Shown here: in pieces, positions 26,950 through 39,743 of the stretch | Numbering within the stretch: the first letter of the stretch is position 1 | Layout: the number at the start of each line of letters is the position of its first letter | Origin: Lama glama | Lineage: Eukaryota | Assembly (NCBI GenBank): GCA_028534125.1 | Contig: CM052818.1 | Coordinates: 25,980,001 to 26,043,780 of the forward strand | Direction: 5' to 3' | Length of the DNA stretch: 63,780 bases | Program-made: the position numbers and the translations under genes | The notes under the pieces: model-generated | Told to the model about the DNA's origin: nothing | The model's input: only the letters and a program-made list of their open reading frames with translations | The model's database searches: none

Positions 26950-27190
26950 CACTGAGATGAGTGCCCTTATCAAAGAGATCCCAGAGAGCTCTCTAGCCCC
27001 TTCTACCTTCTGGAAGTTACAGTGAGAATACAGCTGTTTATAACCCAGGAAATGGGCTCTCACCGGAACCAAACCCCTCTGGCACCATGATCTTAGAATT
27101 CCAGTCTCTAGAACTGTGAGAAATAAATTCCTTTGGTGAATAAGTGCCCAGCCTATGGTATATTTGTTCTAGCAGCCCGGGCTAAGACAA
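26950..27190 (+). mobile_element. MLT1A-like MaLR LTR, 3' half
   Basis: AGTGCCCTTATCAAAGAG..TCCAGTCTCTAGAACTGTGAGAAATAAATT..CCCAGCCTATGGTATATTTGTT..CTAAGACA. Confidence 0.8.
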
Positions 27191-27804
27191 CGCCTTGGGT
27201 AAACGTAAGGAGCGATTCGTGTTTAACTTACAGGTTGAATGGAGTGAGATGAAGATCTAGACTGTAGCGCTACACTGAAATACTCAAACAGGCCTCCAAT
27301 CAAGAGAAGCGTGCCGTAAACAGAAGGCCTTCATTATCTTCACTTATGAATAATTCCTACCTGGCATCATATATGTTTTTGGCACATCTGAATAGATATC
27401 AATGACTCCTTTTTCTCATTAAAAAAAAAAAAGAGAGCGAGAACAAAGAAAGTGACTGGCATGCCCTGCCCAGCCCAGATTTGAGCAGCCCAGGACCTGG
27501 CATCTGCTGCCCCTTGAAGCAGCACCATGGCTCTTCATTTGGCCCTGAGTGCAGTGACTCTGGGGAAATAAGGTTGGCTCTGTGGAAGTGAACATTAAGG
27601 GAGGGGTAAAACTCTAGCAAAAGTTGAAAATGTGGTGAGGTGAACTGAGGACGTTCCAGGAGATCTGTGATTCTAGAGGAAGTGTGATGGGGGAGAAGGC
27701 CTGTAGGAGCACATCCATTTTCTGATATTTGTGGATTCCTGAAGATTTGGACATATTGTTCTCAGTATCGAGGGTTTGTTACAAAAAAGAGTGTGACATA
27801 AAAA

Positions 27805-29450
27805 ATGGGTTTTATTTTAAGACAATTACTGATTCACATGCACTTGTAAGAAATAATACTGAGAGATCTCATGTGCCCCTTACTCAATTTCTCCCAAAGG
27901 TAACATCTTGAAAACTATAATGTAATCCTATTACCAGGAAATTGACATTGATACAGTCAAGAGCATCTCCATCATCACAAGGATCCCTCGTGTTGTCCCT
28001 TTTTATAAGCCACACACACTTCCCTCTCACCCTCACCCCCTCCTTAACCCTAGGCAACCACTAATTTGTTCACCATTTCTGTAATTTTGTCATTTTGGAA
28101 TGGTATATAAATGAAATCACATGGTATGTAACTTTTTATATTTCTCTGGAGCTCATCCAGGTTGTTGTGCGTATCAATAATTTATTCTTTTTTATGGCTG
28201 AGTAGTATTCCATAATATGACTATACTACAGGTTTTTTTTTTTAAATTTTTTTAAGCAGTCATCTATTGAAGGACATCTGAGTTATTTCCAGTTTGGGGC
28301 TATTGTGAATAAAGCTACTATAAACATTTGTATACAGGCCTTTGTATGAACATAAGTCTTCATTGCTTTGGGATAAATGCCCAAGAGTGCAATTGCTGAA
28401 TTTTATGATAGATTAGTTTTATAGGAAAACTAAGTGTTTAGTTTCTTAAAAACTGTCGAATTATTTTCCAGAGAGGCTGTACCATTTTATGTTCCCACCA
28501 CAAGAGTCTGACTGATACAGTTTCTCCACAGGCTTGCCAGCCATTGGCATCATCATTATTTTTTATTTTAGCCATTCTGATAGTTGTGTAGTGACATCTC
28601 AAGTGTGGTTTACTTTCAGCCTGCTGATGTGATACCTGAAATGAGTTTCTTGTAGACAGAGTATAGTTGGGTCATGTTTTTTAAATGTACTCCACCAATC
28701 TCTTTTAATTGGTGTATTTAAACCATTTATATTTCATGTAATTAATGATGTATAAAGGCTTAAATGTGCCTTTTTTTGTTTTCTGTTTTTCATTTCTTTG
28801 TTTTCATTTTCCTGCATTATTATTAGTTACCTGAGTGTTTTAAAGAATTCCGTACTGATTCATCTATAGTGTTTTTAAGTATATCTCTTTGTAGGACTTT
28901 TTAAGTAGCCTGTTCTAGGCATTACATTATATATACACATAGCTCATCACAGGCCACTGGTGTCATCCTACCAGTTTGAGTGAAATATTGAAACTTTACT
29001 TCCATTTATGCCCCTTTACCTGCTTCTAATATAATTGTCCTAAATATCTCTTGCATGCACATTTAGAATCTCATCCGTGTCATAATTTTTCTCAAATATC
29101 GAACAATTTAGAAAACTCAAAAGAAGGAAAACCTATTATAGTTACCTACACTTCTGCTTATAGAGTTCTGTCTGCCTTCCTAATGTTCCAAGTTTCCTTT
29201 TTTCTATTCCCCTTCTGTTTAGAAAACTTCCTTTTCCATCCATTAAGATAGATATTTCAGCAGTAAATTCTGTTTTCCTTCATCTGAGAATGTCTTACTT
29301 TTCCCTTCATTCCTGAAAGACATTTTCACTGGGTCTAGAATTCTGAGCTGACAGTTCTGTTTGTTCTGCACCTGAGCAATATTGTAACGCTTTCTTCTGG
29401 CCCCCATGGTTTCTGAAGAGAGAAATGTGCTATCCTTCTAACGATTTTCT
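27805..29450 (-). mobile_element. Old L1M fragments (3' UTR/ORF2 end joined to endonuclease/inter-ORF region)
   Basis: Reverse L1 3' UTR (ATTGACATTGATACAGTCAAG, TCTATTGAAGGACATCTG..TTTGGGGCTATTGTGAATAAAGC) to ~28610, then GTTTCTTGTAGACAGAGTATAGTTGGGTC (endonuclease domain) and TTCCTGAAAGACATTTTCACTGGG. May be two elements. Confidence 0.8.
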
Positions 29451-29789
29451 CCCCACGGATTCTTCTGTGTCGCTTACGTGCATGCATCTCCTGATCCTTT
29501 TCTCTCTCTTTGTTTTCTTCTCTATTTCTCTCCTTCTAACACCGATGGGTAAACATTGCATAAGATTCTTTCTTTAGTCCTCTCCCTCATTTCTCTTTAT
29601 CATTATCTAGGACTATGGAAATGAATGACACAAATATAATTATCTCCAGTAACATCCTGTCAACTACTAACATAGACATTTCCTGCTTATTTTACGTCTG
29701 CATTTCCACCAAAACCATCATTTCTAGTTCTGACTGCATCATCTAACCTGTAAACTTGCTTTTATTAGGAATGTATTTTTTATTAATGT

Positions 29790-30810
29790 ACAGAGAAATC
29801 TGTTCAAGTTCAAGGAATTTTCACAACAGGAACACACCCTTGTAACCAGCACCAAGATCAAGAAACAGAATATTATCAGCACCCCGGATACACCCCTCCT
29901 CCCTTCTTCTAGTCATTACCACAAATAGCCATCCCAAAATACCCACTATGCTGATTTTTAACACAATAGATTGGTTTTTTCTGTTTTTGAACTTAAATGG
30001 AATCATATTTATGTGTTCTGTGACTGTCCTTTTTCACTCAACCTCATGTTTATAATATCATTCCAAGTTGTTCCATGTAGAGATAGTTTATCCATTCTCA
30101 TTAATAAATCATATTCCATTATGCAAATATACTGTAATTGTTAAAATCCATTCTGTTGTTAATAGACGTTTGAGTAGTTTCCAGTTTCAAGCTGTTATGA
30201 ATAATGTTGCTTTGAACATTCTTGTAAGTTTTTGGTGGACATATGCTTTTCACTTGTGTTCATGCTTGGGAATGGAATTGCTAGGTCATGGATACGTGTT
30301 CATTTTTAGTAGATATTGCTGAACAGTTTTCTAGAGCGGCTATACCAATTGACCTTTCTACCAGCAATGCATGAAAAACCAATTGGTCCACATTTTTGCC
30401 ACTATTTGGTATTGCTTCTTTTTTTTTTTTCATTTTAGTTATTTCTGGTGTTCAATGTTATCTCATTATTGTTTTAATTTACATTTTCCTAGTGACTAAT
30501 GAAGTGAAGCAACTTTTCATGTTTATTGCCCATTTGCAAATCATCCTATGAAGTACCTGTTCATGTCTTTCTGTCCATTTTTCCATTGGTTTGTTTTTTT
30601 ATATTGATTTATTCTAGTCCCTTATATATACTGGAGATGATTCTTTTTTTAGATATTTTTAACTATTCTGTGGTTTGCTTTCCATTCTCTTAATGGTGTT
30701 TTTTGGATGAACAGAACTATGAATTTTAATGTAATCCAAATATTCATTTTTTTCCTCTTTATTATTAGCACTCCTTTTATCCTGCTCAAATATCCTTTTA
30801 TTTTTGACTT
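29790..30810 (-). mobile_element. L1ME-type 3' region
   Basis: GAACACACCCTTGTAACCAGCACCAAGATCAAGAAACAGAATATTATCAGCACCCC and downstream reverse L1 motifs. Confidence 0.8.
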
Positions 30811-30899
30811 CTGTACTTCTAATAATGGTCTTCTCATCTTTCCAGTCAAGCAAGTTTGCCACTTTGATTTGTTTTTCTCCTCTGGTCCAATTTAATTAG

Positions 30900-31400
30900 T
30901 CACTATATCAATTTGCTGCTACGTTAGAATCAATTCTTACATACCTCTCATCCTTTCAGCCATCATCCCTGTTCAGGCTCCACTTAGCTCATCACAAAAG
31001 CTTCTGAGTCGCTCTTTCCACCTTTCATATCTCCTTTGGCCATATCCCTGCCATAGTGATTCTGCTAAAATACAACACAATATTATTCCTTGGCTCAAAA
31101 CATCCAAAAGTACCCCAGCATATTCAGAATGAAGCACAAACGCCTTGTCTACTATCCAAGACCTTCCAGAATCTGCCCTCATGGCTCACACATGCTTTCA
31201 TACAACCTTGCCCCTCTGATGCTGCTCTGCTCACTGGTGTTCCCAGTGCGCCTGCTTTCTTTCTCCGTGCTGTTATGTCTAGAGTTTCTGTATCCTCAGC
31301 AGCATTTCCTGTTGAGATGCTGCCATCGTTCCAGGCTCAGCTTAAGCATTGTTTTCTCTGTGAGGTCTTTCCATTACCTTCTCTCATATCATATTTGCTT
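30900..31400 (+). mobile_element. L2 fragment
   Basis: CCAAGACCTTCCAGAATCTGCCC..CCAGGCTCAGCTTAAGCATTG..TCTCTGTGAGGTCTTTCC, L2 3' region text. Confidence 0.55.
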
Positions 31401-31479
31401 CTTTTTAATACTATCTTGGACTACAGCTTTCTGTGTACATGTTTTGCTTTGGCAGTGTTTATATCATTTTGTATTCCGA

Positions 31480-32455
31480 GTTTGAATTCTTCTGCATTTT
31501 CACAAGCACTTGGTATGTTCAGTCTTTTTAATCTTAGTCAAACTAATGGGTGTGTAGTGGTATCTCATTGTGGTTCTAATTTGCATCGTTATACATATGT
31601 CACAACTGATGACTAATGATGTTGAACATCTTTTCATGTATTGATGACTTATATCTATTCTTTGGTGAGAAGTCTCTGTTCATATCATTTTGAGTATCTA
31701 AGAGTTCTCTATATTTTGGATGCAAATCTTTTATCAGATAAATGTGTTGTGAATATTTTGTACCAGTATTTTATTTGCCTTTTTGTTTTCTTACTGGTAC
31801 CTTTCAAAGAGCAGAAGTGTTAAATTTTGATAAAGTTAAATCATTTATATCTTTTCTTTTATGGATAGTGCTTTTGGTGTCATATCTAAGAAATCTTTGC
31901 ATGCCGTAGGTTCTCAAACATTTTTCCTTTTTTTTCTAGAAGTTTCATAGTTTCAGGTTTCACATTAAGCTATGTGATACACTTTGAGTTAATTTTTGTA
32001 TATGATAGGCAGTAAGGATGATGATTATTGTTTAATATCGATAATTAGTGGATTGAACAACATTTATTAACAAGACTTTCCTCTCCCCATTGAATTGCTT
32101 TGGTGTTTTTGTCAAAAATCAATTGGCCTATTTCTTGACTCTGTTCTGTTCCATTGACCTATATGCCTATCCCTAAGCAATACCAAACAGTCTGAATTAT
32201 TGTAGCTTTGTAGTAAATATTGAGATCGAGTAGAGTAAGTCCTTTATGTTCCTTGTTGGAAGTGCTTTGGCTATTTTAGGTTATTCGAATTTCCCTATAC
32301 ATCTTAGAATCAGCTTGTCAATTTCTGCAAAATTTCTGTAGGAATTTTGAGCGGGATCATGTTGAATCTTGGGGAGAATTTGGGCAGCATTGCTATTTTA
32401 ACAATATAGCATTTTCTAATCTATGAACATGCTATATGTCTCCATTTATTTAAGT
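31480..32455 (-). mobile_element. Old L1M ORF2 fragment
   Basis: GGGTGTGTAGTGGTATCTCATTGTGG, GACTAATGATGTTGAACATCTTTTCATG, GTGTCATATCTAAGAAATCTTTGC, TCCATTTATTTAAGTC. Confidence 0.85.
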
Positions 32456-33039
32456 CAGAGAAATTAGAGTAGGAGACAAAATACTTTGTCATCAACATTA
32501 AACCATCATGAGTCTCACAATTATTATTTAACTGTTGGTGTCGAAAGTTGGAAGAAAGTCTCCTCTTCTTTCTCTTTCTCCTCTTTCTCCTTTTTCCTTT
32601 TCTTCTTCTACATCTTTTTCACTGAAAGCAAATTTATCACATGCTCAGGTTTTAAATCATATCCTACTTTTGTCCTCTTCCATTGTTCAGATTTTTACAC
32701 TGTTTTGGTTTCTAAATATCTGTTATATTTAGAAATGTGTAGACAAATGAAGCATGATAACACATTGTCCAGTATAGGAACATAAAACTGTAACTAGCAT
32801 AGTGGACAATAGCCATTTGGACTGCCTTTTTCATTGGACTGCCATGAGAACCAAATGAGCTAAGCATGTGAGAAGCCATTCTAAAACTGCAAAGTGCTGT
32901 TATTCATGTTTTTATTTAAAAGAGGTGCCCAAATAACCTTTTTGTTTTATTTAATTGATGCAAATCATTCTTTCAGGTCAAACGCAAATGAAAAATCAAA
33001 CTGTGGCAGTGACAGCTAGCTGACAATTCATGCTTCCTT

Positions 33040-33415
33040 TTTGCAGGGCAGCATACTGTTGGGAAGTGGCTGCCCAGCCAGAAATGACATTTCCCAGTCC
33101 CCATGCGTACAGGTGGGGCTGTGTGGCCAGTTCTGGTCTGTAGAATGTGAGCTGGAATGACAGGCACTTTCAGGTCGAGGTGGTTGAGTTCCCCATGTGC
33201 ATATTACTCTTCATGGTGACCTTAAGAGTCTCCTGCTAAAGAGGTGACAACCCAAGAAGGGAAGGAGCCTGGATCTCCAAGTCACCACTCAGAGAAGAGG
33301 AGTGCTACTCCACCAGGGGCATCTATATTGAACTTTGTATGAGACAGAATTAAATTTTAATATGTTAAACCACTGAGATTTTGGAGCTGTTTGTTATAGC
33401 ACACAGTGTAGTCTC
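33040..33415 (+). mobile_element. Old MaLR LTR (MLT1H/J-like)
   Basis: ACATTTCCCAGTCCCC..GGGGCTGTGTGGCCAGTTCTGG..GGAAGGAGCCTGGATC..GTTAAACCACTGAGATTTTGGAGCTGTTTGTTATAGCA. Confidence 0.7.
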
Positions 33416-34136
33416 GTAAGTAACCGGTTTTGTTTTTTCTGATAGGGGCTTAGAGCCAAAGAAGCAGTAATAGCTTGAGTTTGTTTACTTCATAAGCAGA
33501 GAAATAGACTAAAGTTAAACACTTAGCCTATAACCTTGGAAGCGGCCTCATCCGGTGAGCCATACAAACTTTCCTGGATTTTGTTCCAAAGAGTGAAAAG
33601 ATATATGCTTTGGTATTTAATAGATCTGGCTTGGGTTCTGGCTCTTCAGATCCTTGCCTGGTCCTATTCTCTTTGTGCATTTACCATAGATTTTTATCTT
33701 AGTCCTTCTACTATCCCCCCTCCAAGCATATGATTATTTCCATTCTCAGCCCCTCACCTGAGCTAGTGCTGGATCCACACTGATACCTTCTTATTGAACT
33801 TCTCTACCTTTTCATATATAAGTAGCTCAGACCTAGATGATCAACACTAAACTTATCACCTTACCCAAATGTGCCTTTTTCTTGACTTCCCTATTTCTAT
33901 TAATTGTGCTGAGAACATTCTATTACATCTACATTACTAATAAAAGATAATAATGACTTCAGATATTTCAGTGAAAGGAGAGACTAATATATATTGATGG
34001 TCATTTGGACCTAGGTTTTAGCCCTGGGTAATATATATGGATCTATTAAATGAACAATTTTAATAGTGGTTAAGTTGTTACTTGTAAATAAGTAACTCTC
34101 ACTTTTATTACTTGTGTTTGGAAGATATACAATAGA

Positions 34137-34750
34137 CAGTAGACCCTAGGCATGTGTGGATTTCACATTTGTGGTTTGATTCTGCATGTGTGATCTTGAA
34201 GACACACAACATAGAGTCATTTCCCAGGAATTTGAGTCTTGAGTCCTACGAAGTGGGTGAGCCCTGCTGACTACCTAGAATTCACCTCTTAAATCTGATT
34301 AGAGCTCTCTACTCATTAGGGTGCATTTAATAACTCTTATGAGGTAATGAAAATTCTATTTTTTGATGAAAAATAGCCTAGAAACGAAAACCAACTTCTA
34401 GTGTTGATGGTGGAAGTGAAATGAAACAAAAGCAGTCTAAGAAAATTTTGGTTCTTATTCAGAATATAAGAATTCAATATAAATGAAAAAAATAGAACAT
34501 CTAGTTTTGTGAAAATATCAAACTCAGTAAACAAGTCTACCACATAATTTATAGAGAGATAGGAAAAATCGATTCATTAAACTGGTTCATCAAGTGTTTA
34601 AATAGGAATTTCTTTTATGAAATAAGATATTGATAAAATTTATAAATCAGTTTAGTTCTAATATATAGAGAACATATATAAACCTTGGCCATATTCATAC
34701 TCACAGGGACTCACTTTTCCTAAATAGGTTTATCAAGTTCATTTCCCTAA
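34137..34750 (+). mobile_element. Ancient Tigger (pogo/TcMar) DNA transposon remnant
   Basis: CAGTAGACCCT..GGATTTCACATTTGTGGTTT resembles a Tigger TIR. 34378-34560 reads, with stops, KRKPTSSVDGGSEMKQKQSKKILVL..VNKSTT, like a pogo-family transposase N-terminal HTH. Right boundary uncertain. Confidence 0.55.
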
Positions 34751-35244
34751 AGAGGTGGATGTCTCCCAAACATGGATTCTAGAATCAGCCAATTTAGATT
34801 TTCTCCACCTTGTTACTCTTGAATTCTCTGTACCTGGCATATTGGCGAATGATTGAAGATTATTCCATAGATATGTACTGAAAAAGGGCAACTCTGAACT
34901 TTTTAAGTTGCTTTAGGTCAAAAATCCTGCTCTTGAGGTAAAAAAAAAAAAAGTAAATTGTTTTACAAAAAAACCTTGCTTTTTTTTTTTTTAAATCTAC
35001 CAACACCAACTTTTCTTGACTTTGGCCTTACAGGCATAACATATAAGTGTATATTAGTTAGTATCATAAACAAGTTTTTAGTCAAATGAAGTATATTTTC
35101 TTCAGAAATTTTACTGCAGAGTTCTTTGTTTTTGTCTTCTTTGTAGAATTCTGGTTGACTAGAGCAACAACTATATTCTTCATATTTTTTAATCAGGCTG
35201 GTATTCTTTTAATATTTTAAAAATTGAGGCAGAATGGCACCCAA

Positions 35245-35661
35245 AGAGTCTTGCCTCCTGATATTCACTCTCCTCCCACATGGACTGACCTGGGTAACCA
35301 CTAGGATCCTGTGGGTATGATGGTGCGTGACCTCTGAGGCTGAGTTATAAAAGAAGTCGTGGCTTCCATCTCTCCCTTGGATTGTTGCTCTGGGGGAAGC
35401 TGGCTGCCATGTGCTAAGGACACTCAACCAGCTCTTTGGAGAGGCTGAGTGGCAAGGAACTGAGGCCTCTGGAATACAGTAAGCCAGTGTGGAGGTGAAT
35501 CCTCCAGCCCCAGACAAGCCTTCACATGATATCACAGCTCTGGGCGTCATCCTGACTGCAACCTAATGAGGCTGGCCACAGAAACTATGTGAAATGTTTA
35601 AAGTTAATTGTTGTTTAAGCCACTATGATGATTTGCTATGAAGCAGTTGATAACTAGTACA
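35245..35661 (+). mobile_element. MLT1E/F-like MaLR LTR
   Basis: GCTCTGGGGGAAGCTGGCTGCCATGT..GGCAAGGAACTGAGGCCTC..CCTCCAGCCCCAGACAAGCCTTCA..TGTTTAAGCCACTA..GATAACTAGTACA. Confidence 0.8.
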
Positions 35662-38600
35662 ACTAGTTAGGAAATCTTGAAGAAGTTTTTTCAAAATCTT
35701 ATTATAAAAACCTTTGTATAACCTTATTTAATATAGTGATAGGCTCTTTTTATGAGGTGATCTGACGATTGCTGTAAGACATGAGTGAGTGACGTAATTT
35801 TAAATGAGGTGGCAAGTGGGCGAGTGTTGACTTCTGGTTCTGCTGGAGAAGGAGTTGAGATGAACAGGGAGATGCATTCTCATCCTCATCCTCATCTCTA
35901 GTGTGAGATGCAGGCAAGGTATCCATAAAGGTGATCTTTTTTTCAAAGTCCCAGGCATTAAATGAAGAGCCAGAGAACTCCAGGGTTTCTTTGGTGGAAT
36001 GTCTCTGTCTCAGAAACATTTTGTTTGGACAAAGCAAACAAAAATCTGGTTTCATTTCTCCATTGTTTCATGGATGCAATTTGATATGGCAAAAAGCCTT
36101 CTTTTGTGCCACAGATTAGCAATGAGAATGATTAAGGTGTAGACACTTGTGAGATTTTCATTTAATTACACATGAAGCTCCATAGCGTTTCACCCACAGA
36201 ACAGTGGGGTTGTTTTGTCGAGTGTTCAAGACCTAAATTTGCCGTTGGCTCACCCCCAGCGCAGTCATGCGATTAGTCACGCAAGTAGTCACAAACCCCC
36301 TTTGCCATAAAGAAATCATAGCTGACGGCCCCACCAGTGCTCTTTTCCCAAAACAGGTCTCTGGAAACTAAACTCAAACATGTGTGTCAGTTTGGACTTA
36401 TTTTTCGTGTTTGTTTTGCCCAAAGCATGGACCATGTCAGAGAAGATGGAGACACCTTCACGGCCTGTTAGTCACATCTCACCAAAGCTTCTCAATGGGC
36501 TGTCAGACAAGAAAGGAGCCTCATGTAGCCACCTTAATCAGCATCCCCCATCTGTGAGGTCATTGGGATGTTTCAAACAATTTTCAGCTCTCATTAGTTG
36601 AGCGCGTTCCACAGGCAAGTCCTTATCTTTTGTAACTTTTGCTGCCACAGCCTGAGAAAGCCCCTCTGCTGAATGACACTTTCCCCATGGGTCAACCCCC
36701 AGTAATGAGTCACCAATTGATGTGCCCTTTGCACTCACTAGCAGTATATGTTGATATTAACCTTTCGTGTTGTGAGATGTCGCTTTTACCCTTGGCTTCT
36801 GCCATGTAAGTCTCATTATTTCTAATAGGCTGTGGCAATTAGGGTCTTGGGGCTGTTGATCGCAGCCATTCGGAGCGGGAAAGGGGCGCTTGGGGAGAAC
36901 AGTCGCTTTTTCTTCACATGAACAATGTGATGCATAGCTCAGCCCAAATCTGCAAACAGCGAGGCAGTGGTGGACCTCCGGCCATGGATGGGAAAGTCCT
37001 CATCGAGTCTTTTCACATGTTCTTTCCTCGCACTAGCTCCTGGTTATTTTCAAACCCCTTTTGTTTGGACTGACATGCTTGGCAGATATTACAGAGCACT
37101 GAATTTGGCCTAATAAGGAATTCATTAAACAGAATTATTTGGGAAAGAAATGGGTGCAAAGTGGTCTTTCTTTTTTTTTCCTTTCAAAGATTGTTTGCTA
37201 GAAAAGGAAAAGGGTGATGCTGACAATCAACCATCTTGGGTGGCTTATGGGACCTTGGAGGAGGCAGCGTTGAGCCCAGTGGACCCAGGAAGACCTCTCA
37301 GACTTGTGACTGGCAAATCTGGACTCCCAGTGTAACTCTACGATTGTTAGAACGTGGTGGGCCTCTCATGGTTGTAGGTAAGTTAGGAAGCCACTCCTTC
37401 AAGGTTAGAACGATACCTGGGGGCAGGGAAAGGGCATGAATGGGAGTACATAGTGCTAACGCAGTAGAGTAAGACCAGAAGGAAACCACAGATAACTAAA
37501 AGCGTAACACAGAGTCAGCATTCACATTCTCTCCAGTTCTTTGACCTGAAGTGCTTTCTATATTTTAAGGAAAACAAAACAAAATTAAGCCTGTTTTTTG
37601 TGCTTCAGACAAGATGAGATTGAAGTCTCAGGGACAACAGCTCAGAAGAAAGATTTATCTTATTTGTAGGCAGCAGCTTGAATGTTCTACATCAGGACAA
37701 GATTTTTCCAAACAAATGCAAGAAAAAGCCCCTATATTAATCTGACTGTTTATGAAAATAACACTTGGGAAAGCCCCTCCGATAAATCAAGGACACGCAG
37801 TGTCAGATACCCCACTGTCTGCTGTTGGGGGAACCACTCTCGGTGGTGGAACAGTATGACCTGCTTCTGAGAGCCCCTTGGTGATTTATTCTTTGCTTTA
37901 TAAAATGACACATCTAAAATGGAAGTTAGGTCCACATATGGCAGTTGTGAGGTGGAGAGTTCAAAATATATGATATATGACTATTAGTTTAATTCTTCCT
38001 TGAATAAGTAAGAAGTCTCCCAAAGAAAGCCATAAGAAACTCTCTTCCTTCCTTATATTTCCTTCCGCTAACGTTTAACCTCATAATGTTCTATGAGGAG
38101 GTGTTGGGCTGGGAGCCGTTGACAGCGCACTGGAGACTGAAGCGTAGTCTTATTCCCGAAGGGCTTCCCATGGGCAAGGTGTTCAGAGAGCGCCACCCGA
38201 AGGCAACACAAAAAGAATGATACAAAGAATGGACCATAAGAGTCTAGAAGAGAGGTAAGAGAATGAATTATTGCCAGGCTCTGAGGTCCTACACTTCATT
38301 ATCACGCTTCTCACCAGGGCTGGAATGTAAGGTCCAACAGAAGGAGTACCTACAACAGTGCCTGGCAGAGAGGCACCCAAATTTGTTCACGACAAAACAT
38401 GGACATCTTGGTACTGAAGCCTATGACTTCTTATTTGCACTCCTAAGGTGCCTTTTCCAGCCTATTTTCTTGGTTCCCCATCCCCCGACCCCAACTTCAT
38501 TGGGAAAATGGAGTGTGACCCACAACCAGGGAGAGGAGACTACTGGGGAGACGTTAGGGGAGTTTAAAGGTGCTCATATATTTACGGCATTGCCCCTTTG

Positions 38601-39314
38601 GTTTTTCTGCTGGATCTGCCCATTTGGAATCCTACTCCCCAGGCCTCTGGAGCAGTACAAAGGGCACTGGGCTGCCTCACGTGTGGGAGCGTCTGGTTCT
38701 GGGAAGGCCAAGCAAGAACAGGATGGGGCACAGGGAATGATGACTCAGAGCAGCTGCTCTCAGCCCCAGGAGAAGAGCTCGCGTTCCTCTCGTTTCTTGG
38801 GTTCATCCTTCCTTCCTTTTTCAAGTTGCAAAGACCTTAGCTCCCCCAGATGAGAGTGTGGGCCACAGGGACGAGGCCAACTTGGCGACTCTGCTGCTTT
38901 TGGTCTGTGTTGGGCTGGCCTTCTGGGCAAGAGAAGTCCTCCCTGTTCACATGTCCAGCCCAGATCAGCAGGGCTAGGGCTCAGGCCCAAGGCCCCGCTG
39001 GTAATAAGGAATTTACATCATTTTGGGCCCTCCTGTTTTCATAATTCCCTCAGGAGCCTTTGGAAACAGCTGGAAAGTGGGGATTTGGAGTTCTCCGCTG
39101 ACTCTCTAGCGCTTTACATTTAAAAAATGCAACCCATATCTTGGTAATATTTGTATCTCTGTAATAGCACACCCACACAGGAACTATTGGCCCTGCCAGG
39201 ACAGCATTACAAAAAAAGATGCTTCTTACTTGGGTTTGCTCACTTTGAACACCTGAATCTTAGTTACAATAGATCTCTCTGGCCCGTATTGCCTATCTAT
39301 CTATCTATCATCAG

Positions 39315-39316
<2 letters not shown>

Positions 39317-39358
<42 letters not shown>
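39317..39358. repeat. (ATT)14 microsatellite with adjacent CTAT repeats
   Basis: Read directly from the sequence. It produces the poly-Tyr in ORF 39151-39393. Confidence 0.95.
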
Positions 39359-39360
<2 letters not shown>

Positions 39361-39385
39361 TTATCTATCATCATCATCTATCAGC

Positions 39386-39743
39386 TATCCTAGTTTGCTA
39401 GGGCTTCCTTAGTAATCACCATAGACTGAGTGGCTTAAACAACAGAAATTTATTTTCTCACAGTTCTGGCAGCCAGAAGTCTGAGATCAAGGTTGATTTC
39501 TTCTGAGGACCCTCTCTTTGGCTTGTAAATGGCTGTCTTCTCTCTCTGTGTTTCTGGGTCCCAACCTCCTAGTCTTATAAGGATATTAGTTAGATTAGAT
39601 TAGGAAGCACCCAAATGATCCCACTGTAGCCGGAATATCTTTTTAAAGAACCTATCTCCAAATGAAGTCACTTTCTGAGGTACTGGGGGTTAAGGCTCCA
39701 ACATATGAATTTGGGAGGGGACAACACAATTCAGCTCATAACA
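39386..39743 (-). mobile_element. MLT1A/MST-like MaLR LTR
   Basis: ACCATAGACTGAGTGGCTTAAACAACAGAAATTTATTTTCTCACAGTTCTGG..CAACATATGAATTTGGG..CACAATTCAGCTCATAACA. Confidence 0.85.

Noticed and set aside
31056..31616. 186-aa ORF
   Set aside because: It runs across L2 and antisense L1 remnants, so it is a chance frame in T-rich sequence.
38263..38853. 196-aa ORF
   Set aside because: No recognisable domain, composition unlike a real protein, and no supporting exon or promoter structure.
39151..39393. Poly-tyrosine ORF
   Set aside because: Artefact of the (ATT)14 microsatellite.
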